DNA of 64,000 nucleotides from Candidatus Sericytochromatia bacterium (GTDB lineage Bacteria; Cyanobacteriota; Sericytochromatia; S15B-MN24; UBA4093): NCBI GenBank assembly GCA_036676985.1, contig JAKFBU010000026.1, positions 224,001 to 288,000 of the forward strand, read 5' to 3'. Shown piece by piece: positions 57,529 to 64,000 of this stretch (position 1 is its first letter; each line of letters starts with the position of its first letter). The notes under the pieces were generated by a model. It saw only the letters and a program-made list of their open reading frames with translations, ran no database searches and was not told where the DNA came from. The position numbers and the translations under genes were made by a program.

Positions 57529-58412
57529 TAGATGCCGTTGAGCCACATGTCGTTGACCAGGCCGGTCTGGCCGTTGCGGACGAAGGAGCCCTCGGTGGTG
57601 ATGAGGTTGCCCGCCGAGTCCTCCTTGTTGACGGCCTTGCCGCCGATGCTCATCTGGGTGATGCCGAGCTCGGAGGGCTTCATGGACTGGTTGGTGCCGT
57701 CGCCGTTGCTGACCATCATGGTGAGGCCGTTGTCCTCGAGCTTCTTGAGGTCGGCGGAGTCGAGGTAGCCCTTGCTGGTGTCGATGCCCAGGTACTCGGC
57801 CTCGGCCTTGAGGGTCTCGTAGGCATCCTTGTGCTTGACGCCCTTGCTGTCGACGGTGTCGAGGGGGCCGCCCTTGAAGGCGAGCACGCCGTCGCCCTTC
57901 TCGGCCCACTTGGTCGACGTGGCGCCGTCGACCTCGATGCCGTGCTGGTCGACCGTGGCGTTGGTGTCGCCGTCGCCGTTCAGGTCGAAGACGAGGGGAT
58001 CGTTGCGGACGCGCTCGGCGGCCTGCTCGACGGTCTGGCCACTGTTGAGGGCCTCCTGGAAGACCTCGATGTTGTGCTGGGTCGGGTTCTGGATGCCCTG
58101 TGCCTGCAGCGCCGCCGTGGGGTTCGCCTTGGCCTGCTGGACCGAGTTCACCGGGGCGCCGATGAACGAGAAGTCCATCTCGCCGCGCATGGCGGCATCC
58201 AGCTTCTTGCGGAGGTCCTCGGCGATCGCCACGCTGCCGATCTCGAGCTGGGTGGGGTCCCCGCTGGGCACGACCGTGCTCTTGTCGGGCTCTTGGGGCG
58301 AGGGGGCGACGATCTCGATGTCGGTCGACGTGAACTCCTGGACGGGCTGCGCCTTGGGCGGCAGCTTGATCGCGGTGTACATGTCCACCGATCCGGACTG
58401 GAACATTTCCAT
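57528..58412 (-). CDS. Protein with a C-terminal FrpC-like calcium-dependent self-processing module
   Basis: DPLVFDLNGDG...W...DGVL...AYETL...NGDG...ELGI...VNK...GN...GSF...D.W pattern; GGGGGAGG RBS. Confidence 0.7.
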   Translation of the reverse strand: MEMFQSGSVDMYTAIKLPPKAQPVQEFTSTDIEIVAPSPQEPDKSTVVPSGDPTQLEIGSVAIAEDLRKKLDAAMRGEMDFSFIGAPVNSVQQAKANPTAALQAQGIQNPTQHNIEVFQEALNSGQTVEQAAERVRNDPLVFDLNGDGDTNATVDQHGIEVDGATSTKWAEKGDGVLAFKGGPLDTVDSKGVKHKDAYETLKAEAEYLGIDTSKGYLDSADLKKLEDNGLTMMVSNGDGTNQSMKPSELGITQMSIGGKAVNKEDSAGNLITTEGSFVRNGQTGLVNDMWLNGI

Positions 58413-58724
58413 GGCGAACCCTCCCCCTGTTTCATTGGCGTTTTCTTACTAGTATTGTCACCGGATCGGCCTGAAACATACGTCAAATCTCTGTTGGCAG
58501 GAATAGAACTGCGTTAAATCTTGATTGAAAGCGTGATCGGACGCCGGTCTTGCCACCCGGATCCGGTCGGACGGGCCGCCGATCCCGCCCCCGGGCACCG
58601 AGGCGGGGGGGGCGGGTTCGGTCATCCGAAGCAACCTGGCTGCAACATGCGCTTCAATGGTTTGTGCTTGAATCATTCGAGTGGGGGCCGTGTCGGGTGG
58701 TGCGACCGGGGGAGTGAGAGGCGT

Positions 58725-59999
58725 ATGAGCGTCGGGTCTGGATTCCAACGGGCACGGAGGCACGCGGGCCTGGGCTTGCTGGCAGCCGTGATCCTGCTGG
58801 CGGCGCCGACCCCTGCCGGGGCGCATGCCGCGCCCACCCTGATCGCGGCGATCGCCTCGATCCTGGCCGCGCCTCCGGTGCCCTACGCGGCGCTCGGCAT
58901 GGTGGTCGCCGACGCCGCGACCGGCGAGCCGCGTCTCACGATCCGGCCGGACGCCCCCATGATCCCGGCGAGCGCCATGAAGGTCCTGACGAGCGCCGTC
59001 GCGTGGCGCAAGCTCGGCCCGGAGGACCGCTTCCACACGCGCCTCGCCGCGGTCGCGCCGATCCAGGGCGGCCGCCTCCTGGGGGACCTCGTGCTCGCGG
59101 GCGAGGGCGATCCCGCGCTGAGCCGGTCGGATCTCGTCGGGCTCGCTCGGGACCTCCGGGCGCGCGGGATCACATGGGTCGAGGGGGACCTCGTGGTCGA
59201 CGCCTCGCGCGTGGCGGGGCCCGGATGGTCCCCCGGCTGGTCCGTCGACGATCTGACCAAGTCCTACGCGGCACCCGTCAGCGCGCTCAACCTGGAGGCC
59301 AACCTGCGCCCCGAGGCGGCCACCCCCAGCCCGCGCCTGGTGCCGGTGGCGGATCCCGTCGCGGCGACCGCGGAGGTCATGCGCACGGCGCTCGCCGATG
59401 CGGGCGTGACGCTGCGCGGGCAGGTGCGAGCGGGCCTGACGCCCCGGGCGGCCGCGATCCTCGCGGAGCGTCGCTCGGCTCCGCTCGCCGAGCTGCTCAC
59501 GCCGATGAACAAGGACAGCCACAACCTGTATGCCGAGGCCCTCTTCCGGCGCCTCGGCGCTGATGCCGGAGGCACCTGGGAGGCCGGGGCGCGGGCCGTC
59601 ACGCAGGGCTTGTACGAGCTCGGCGTGGCGACCGAGGACGTGCGGGTCGCGGACGGATCCGGGCTGTCCCGCTACGACCTGGTCACGCCGCGGGCCATGG
59701 CGCGCGTCCTCGCCTCCATGTATGAGTCGGAGGCGTTCGTGCGGAGCCTGCCGGTGGCAGGCATGGACGGGACCCTCGCGCGCCGCTTCGGCGACAGTCC
59801 GCTGCGGGGCCGGCTGCGGGCCAAGACGGGCACCATGAGCGGCGTGAGCACCCTCGCGGGCTACCTGGAGGGGACCCACGGCCGCACCTGGTCCGTGACG
59901 ATCATGGTGAACGGCTTCACCGGGTCCGTGCGTCCCGTTCAGGCCATGCAGGACGCCCTCCTCGAGCAGGTCTGGAGGGCGCTCGAAGCGGAATTGTAA
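58725..59999 (+). CDS. dacB: D-Ala-D-Ala carboxypeptidase/endopeptidase (PBP4, peptidase S13)
   Basis: Signal peptide; PASAMK, SHN, DGSGLS, AKTG. Confidence 0.92.
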   Translation: MSVGSGFQRARRHAGLGLLAAVILLAAPTPAGAHAAPTLIAAIASILAAPPVPYAALGMVVADAATGEPRLTIRPDAPMIPASAMKVLTSAVAWRKLGPEDRFHTRLAAVAPIQGGRLLGDLVLAGEGDPALSRSDLVGLARDLRARGITWVEGDLVVDASRVAGPGWSPGWSVDDLTKSYAAPVSALNLEANLRPEAATPSPRLVPVADPVAATAEVMRTALADAGVTLRGQVRAGLTPRAAAILAERRSAPLAELLTPMNKDSHNLYAEALFRRLGADAGGTWEAGARAVTQGLYELGVATEDVRVADGSGLSRYDLVTPRAMARVLASMYESEAFVRSLPVAGMDGTLARRFGDSPLRGRLRAKTGTMSGVSTLAGYLEGTHGRTWSVTIMVNGFTGSVRPVQAMQDALLEQVWRALEAEL

Positions 60000-60161
60000 C
60001 GACTTTCGAAAAATTTTTTCGAACCTGGAAAGCCAAGTACTAACTGGATTTGAACTTGATCGCTTGCGATCTGAAGCAGGCAAGTTTACAATAGTTTATG
60101 TTTAAATGTGAAGCGCCGCGGGTAGAAAGAATCCAGGAAGGAATCCAGGAGGTTAAAGCCA

Positions 60162-60374
60162 ATGTTCAAGACGAATTTCCATTGCCCGTTTTGCCATAAC
60201 ACGCTGCGGTCCGACACGACCAGCGGCGAGGAGTTCTCCTGCCTCGCGTGCGAGGCGATGGTCGATGTGATCGACGACGATCTCACCATGGTCTCTCGCG
60301 CCCCCCACCATCTCGACGTCTTCTACATCTCCACCAGCGAGCTGCGCCTGACGACGGCCGTCCGCGCCTTCTAG
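60162..60374 (+). CDS. Small zinc-ribbon protein (70 aa)
   Basis: CPFC...CLAC; strong AGGAGG RBS; terminator hairpin downstream. Confidence 0.75.
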   Translation: MFKTNFHCPFCHNTLRSDTTSGEEFSCLACEAMVDVIDDDLTMVSRAPHHLDVFYISTSELRLTTAVRAF

Positions 60375-60392
60375 TCCGCCCTGGATCAAGCG

Positions 60393-60419
60393 GGAGCGCC
60401 GACCCGAGGTCGGCGCTCC
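60393..60419. terminator. Hairpin between convergent genes
   Basis: GGAGCGCCGACC-CGA-GGTCGGCGCTCC. Confidence 0.65.
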
Positions 60420-60428
60420 GCGGCGTTC

Positions 60429-61487
60429 TTACGGTCCGGGCGAAAGCCAGCGTTCGAGGAACGCTTCGGGCTTGGGATCCTTGGCGACCTCGTCCCGGAA
60501 GAACCGGACGAACTTCGGCAGGTCCCGCCCCAGTCGATCGTAGACCCGCTCGAACAGCTCCGTATTGGACTGATAGGTCAGTTGGGTCATGAGGTACGCA
60601 TTGTTGAGCGGAGTCTTGCCGAAGCCCGCGAAGTGGTCGGTCTCGAACGGCACCAGGGCGAAGCGCGCCTGCGCCTGGGCGAACAGCCGCTCGCGGCGCG
60701 CGAGCTTTTCCTCGGTCGTGAGCGGAGAGCGGTACAAGGCGCGCAGATCCTCGGACGTCTCCGCCAGGAAGCTCGTGAACAGCCGCTCATCCCGCAGCGC
60801 ACCCTCGGCGTAGCGGACCTCGGCCGACTTGGCACCGAAGCGATCGCGCAAAAAGCCGAGCGATCCCTGGTTGCCCACGAAGGTCGCGAACCCCTCGTTG
60901 AAGCTCGACTCCCCTTGCAGGTAGACGGTCGCGTGCGTCAGCTCGTGGATGATGATGTTGGCGAGCACGGACGGCTGGTACTTCAGGAGCGACGAGTAGA
61001 GCGGGTCGGGCAGCCAGCCGAGCAGGCTGAAGGCGGCCACGCCCCGCAGGTGTGCGTCATAGCCCTGGCGCTCCAGCAAGTGCTTCTCGGCCTCGGCGTC
61101 GGCCTTGTCGAAGAAGCCCTTGTAGGGGACGGCCCCCACGATCGGGAAGTGCCACAGGTACGGCGTCAGGGCGTCCTTGGGCGCTCCGGAGACGACGTAG
61201 GTCACGGCCGAGCGGTCCAGCACGACCACGTCCTCGTAGCTGCCCGTCCGTTTGAGGCCGATGGCGTCCAGGGCGTAGGCCTTGGCGGCCGTCACGAGCG
61301 CGAGGCGATCGCGCTGCTCCGGCGTGAGGCGCGCGTCGCGCCGGGCGGCCTCCAGCGACTCGCGCTGCATGAGCAACGACGCCTGGCCATACCCCTGCTT
61401 GAGGAGGTAGCCTGCGCTGCAGCCCGTCATGGCAAAGGTGAGTCCGCCAATCAGCGCCCAGCGGGCGGCGTTCGGCAAGATCCGCAT
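60429..61487 (-). CDS. Zinc aminopeptidase-family lipoprotein (DUF2265-like)
   Basis: MTGC lipobox; WHFPIVGAVPYKGFF, HELTH, FNEGFA. Confidence 0.85.
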   Translation of the reverse strand: MRILPNAARWALIGGLTFAMTGCSAGYLLKQGYGQASLLMQRESLEAARRDARLTPEQRDRLALVTAAKAYALDAIGLKRTGSYEDVVVLDRSAVTYVVSGAPKDALTPYLWHFPIVGAVPYKGFFDKADAEAEKHLLERQGYDAHLRGVAAFSLLGWLPDPLYSSLLKYQPSVLANIIIHELTHATVYLQGESSFNEGFATFVGNQGSLGFLRDRFGAKSAEVRYAEGALRDERLFTSFLAETSEDLRALYRSPLTTEEKLARRERLFAQAQARFALVPFETDHFAGFGKTPLNNAYLMTQLTYQSNTELFERVYDRLGRDLPKFVRFFRDEVAKDPKPEAFLERWLSPGP

Positions 61488-61642
61488 GTTCACGCCCTTT
61501 CTAGCGATTCGAGCTTTCATTCTACGGGCCCGAGCGGGCCGCCGCAACGCGTCCCCGTTACGATTGTCCGCTCTGCCTCCGGGGTATACACTTGCTAGCG
61601 ATGCGGGCCGCTCGGGCCCGCCACGGTCGAAAGGGGAAGCTA

Positions 61643-62056
61643 TTGGCGTCGCAGAAGGAAGCTTTCTTCGAGGAGATTCAGGCCGGGTTCTTCGGTGATT
61701 TCCTCATTTCCAAGTCCCTGATCACGTCGGACCAGCTCAAGGAGTCCCTCGCCCTCCAGGAGACCAAGAAGCGGCACCTCCGCATCGGCGAGATCCTCTG
61801 CGAGCAGGGCTACCTCTCTCCGGACGACCTCGTCGCCTGCCTGCGCGAGTACAAGATCCAGATCCGCCTGGGCGAGCTCTTGGTCTCGAACGGCGACCTG
61901 CGCTTCATGCAGCTCCTCGAGGCCCTCGACGAGCAGCGTCTCACGGGCGGCCACCTGGGCGAGATCCTCGTCCGGCTCAACTTCTGCACCCTCGAGCAGG
62001 TCTCGGAGGCCCTCGAGCTGCAGCGGTCGCTGACCAACGACGAACTCTTCGCGTGA
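61643..62056 (+). CDS. Stand-alone MshEN-motif repeat protein, paralog of 554..922
   Basis: Four motifs: FGDFL, RIGEIL, RLGELL, HLGEIL...ALELQ; TTG start after AAAGGGG. Confidence 0.8.
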   Translation: MASQKEAFFEEIQAGFFGDFLISKSLITSDQLKESLALQETKKRHLRIGEILCEQGYLSPDDLVACLREYKIQIRLGELLVSNGDLRFMQLLEALDEQRLTGGHLGEILVRLNFCTLEQVSEALELQRSLTNDELFA

Positions 62057-63618
62057 TCCTGCCTCCCTTTCGCGACCTGCCGCTCGAGACCCGCATCGCC
62101 CAGCTCTTCTGCCTGGCGATCCCCTCGGCGGACCCCGAGGCGCTCGCGGGCGCCGCGGAGGACCTGCGGCGCCATGCGTGGGGCGGCTACATCTTCGATG
62201 CCCGGCGGGACGATCGAGCCCGCCTCGCCGAGCTGATCGCGGCGGCTCCCATCCCCCTGCTGGTCTCCTGCGACCTGGAGATGGGGGCCGGCCACCACCT
62301 GGCGGAGGCGACGCGCTTTCCCCATGCCATGGCCTTCGGGGCCACGGCCCGGCCCGAGTACGCCTACGAGCTCGGGCGCATGACGGCCCTCGAGGCGCGG
62401 GCGGCGGGCGTCAACTGGGTGCTCGCGCCCATTGCCGACGTGAACAGCAACCCCGACAACCCGATCATCAACGTGCGCAGCTTCGGCTCGGACCCGGAGC
62501 GGGTGGCCGAGTTCGTCGCGGCCTTCATCCGCGGCTGCGAGGCGCACGGGGCGATCGCATGCGCCAAGCACTTCCCGGGCCACGGGGACACGGCCGACGA
62601 CTCGCACAGCCGTCTGGCGACCTCGCACGCGAGCCACGAGCGCCTCACGCGCATGGAGTGGGTGCCGTTCCGAGCGGCGATCGAAGCCGGGGTGGGCTCG
62701 GTGATGTCCGCTCACGTGGCCGTCCCGGCCCTGGACCCCACGGGTCTGCCCGCCACCCTGTCACCCCGGATCCTGGGGACGCTGCGCGCGGAGCTTGCCT
62801 ACGACGGCCTCATCGTGTCGGACGCGCTCATCATGGGCGGGGTGACCGAGACCTTCAACGACGAGACGGCGGCCGTCGAGGCCCTCGCGGCCGGCTGCGA
62901 CGTCCTCCTGATGCCGCCCCATCCCGAGCGGGCGCTCGCCGCGGTGCTCGCGGCCGTGCAGAACGGCGAGCTGGACGAGGAGCGCCTCAACCAGTCGGTG
63001 GCCCGGGTCTGGGCCCTCAAGGAGCGCGTGCTGGCCGCCCGGGTCGAGGCTCCGGCGGACCTGGGCGCTCAGGCCCATGCCCTCGCCGAGGCGGTGGCGC
63101 AAGATGCGCTCACGCTCGCCAAGGGTAGTCCCGAGGCGCTGCCCCTGGACCTCTCGAAGGCCTTCCAGCTCGTGCTGGACGACGATGACGACGCGGAGGC
63201 CTACGCGCCGTGGGCCGAGGCCCTCCAGGCACGCGGCCTGGGGCTCATGACCGTGGTCAAGCGCCAGGCGACGGAAGCCGAGTGGCACTCCGTCCAGCCG
63301 CCCGTGGCCGGGCAGCCGGTGGTGTGTGCGGTCTTCAGCACGGTCAAGGCCTGGAAGGATCGCATCGACCTCTCGTCGGAGCACGCAGCGCTCTTGAACC
63401 GCCTGCGGGACGAGGGGCATCCGCTCTACCTGGTCTCGTTCTCGAATCCCTACATCGGGCGTCAGGTGCCGCGCACCGACGCCTTCCTCTGCGCGTACTC
63501 GGACCATCCGGCCTCGCAGCGTGCCGCGCTTTCCGCCCTTGCGGGCGAGGTCCCGGTGCGGGGGACGCTGCCCGTGACCCTCGACTCCAGGCCGGGGCAG
63601 CGCATGCTGGAGGCGTAG
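62053..63618 (+). CDS. nagZ: GH3 beta-N-acetylglucosaminidase
   Basis: KHFPGHGDTADDSH signature, SDALIM, C-terminal GH3 domain. Confidence 0.9.
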   Translation: MILPPFRDLPLETRIAQLFCLAIPSADPEALAGAAEDLRRHAWGGYIFDARRDDRARLAELIAAAPIPLLVSCDLEMGAGHHLAEATRFPHAMAFGATARPEYAYELGRMTALEARAAGVNWVLAPIADVNSNPDNPIINVRSFGSDPERVAEFVAAFIRGCEAHGAIACAKHFPGHGDTADDSHSRLATSHASHERLTRMEWVPFRAAIEAGVGSVMSAHVAVPALDPTGLPATLSPRILGTLRAELAYDGLIVSDALIMGGVTETFNDETAAVEALAAGCDVLLMPPHPERALAAVLAAVQNGELDEERLNQSVARVWALKERVLAARVEAPADLGAQAHALAEAVAQDALTLAKGSPEALPLDLSKAFQLVLDDDDDAEAYAPWAEALQARGLGLMTVVKRQATEAEWHSVQPPVAGQPVVCAVFSTVKAWKDRIDLSSEHAALLNRLRDEGHPLYLVSFSNPYIGRQVPRTDAFLCAYSDHPASQRAALSALAGEVPVRGTLPVTLDSRPGQRMLEA

Positions 63619-64000
63619 ATGCTTCCTGGGCGCATCTCCTGGTCTCACCCCGCCCTTCCGGGGCATCGAGCGCCTTTGGCGCTCGGCGTGTTGCTAACGC
63701 TCGTGACCGTGGCCGTGGCAGGGTGTTCCGGCCCGGAGCGGAAGGGGATCCGGTTCGCCACCTGGGGCAGCGTGGATGAGATCGCCCTCCTGAAGCCGCT
63801 GCTCGCCGAGTTCGAGGCCGCGCACCCGGAGACGCCGGTCGAGCTCGTGCACGTGCCGGACGGATACTTTCAAAAGCTGCCGGTCATGGTCGCGAGCGGC
63901 CAGATGCCGGACGTGCTCTTCCTCAACAACTGGAGCCTGCCCGCCTATGCGAGTGCCGGCGCCCTGCGGGACCTGGGACCCCACCTGAAGGCGAGCCGAG
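63619..64000 (+). CDS. Sugar ABC transporter substrate-binding lipoprotein (partial)
   Basis: Hand translation ...VAVAGC...IRFATWG...FEAAHP...YFQKL...ASGQMPDV; ATG directly after the nagZ stop; runs off the right edge. Confidence 0.85.
   Translation, partial: MLPGRISWSHPALPGHRAPLALGVLLTLVTVAVAGCSGPERKGIRFATWGSVDEIALLKPLLAEFEAAHPETPVELVHVPDGYFQKLPVMVASGQMPDVLFLNNWSLPAYASAGALRDLGPHLKASR

Noticed and set aside
60162-60374. LysW amino-group carrier protein
   Set aside because: Similar zinc-ribbon spacing, but it lacks the C-terminal EDWGE motif and lys/arg gene context.

Overview
High-GC bacterial chromosomal segment with about 50 tightly packed genes. I saw no rRNA, tRNA, CRISPR, prophage or transposase. 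The gene set suggests a diderm (MlaFED/MCE), probably motile heterotroph; a non-photosynthetic cyanobacterial relative such as Sericytochromatia is only a tentative guess. Core and metabolic genes: tgt, aroH, rph, lon, acpS, sod, class I FBP aldolase, aspA-like lyase, dacB, nagZ, a TetR-headed thiolase/HAD-ECH/acyl-CoA dehydrogenase/ETF operon and a homogentisate cluster. Signalling genes: a giant Ser/Thr kinase-STAND-TPR-GAF-GAF-GGDEF protein, two stand-alone MshEN-repeat proteins, two His kinases, receiver and pseudo-receiver proteins, a cNMP-gated MscS, a cNMP-regulated MBL phosphodiesterase and an MCP-like/ODP pair. Several hydrolases look secreted. Best candidates for something new: (1) a stand-alone protein carrying a FrpC-like calcium-dependent self-processing (clip-and-link) module with no RTX repeats; (2) a kinase/STAND diguanylate cyclase translationally coupled to a 4x-MshEN-motif protein, whose paralog heads a nagZ-sugar ABC operon; (3) a pair of tiny paralogous membrane proteins; (4) an unannotated zinc-finger microprotein behind a LysM-C39 peptidase. 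selD is a selenoprotein with an in-frame UGA that the ORF track missed. CGTC-type REP doublets lie in three convergent intergenic gaps. All calls come from motif reading by eye; no database searches were run.
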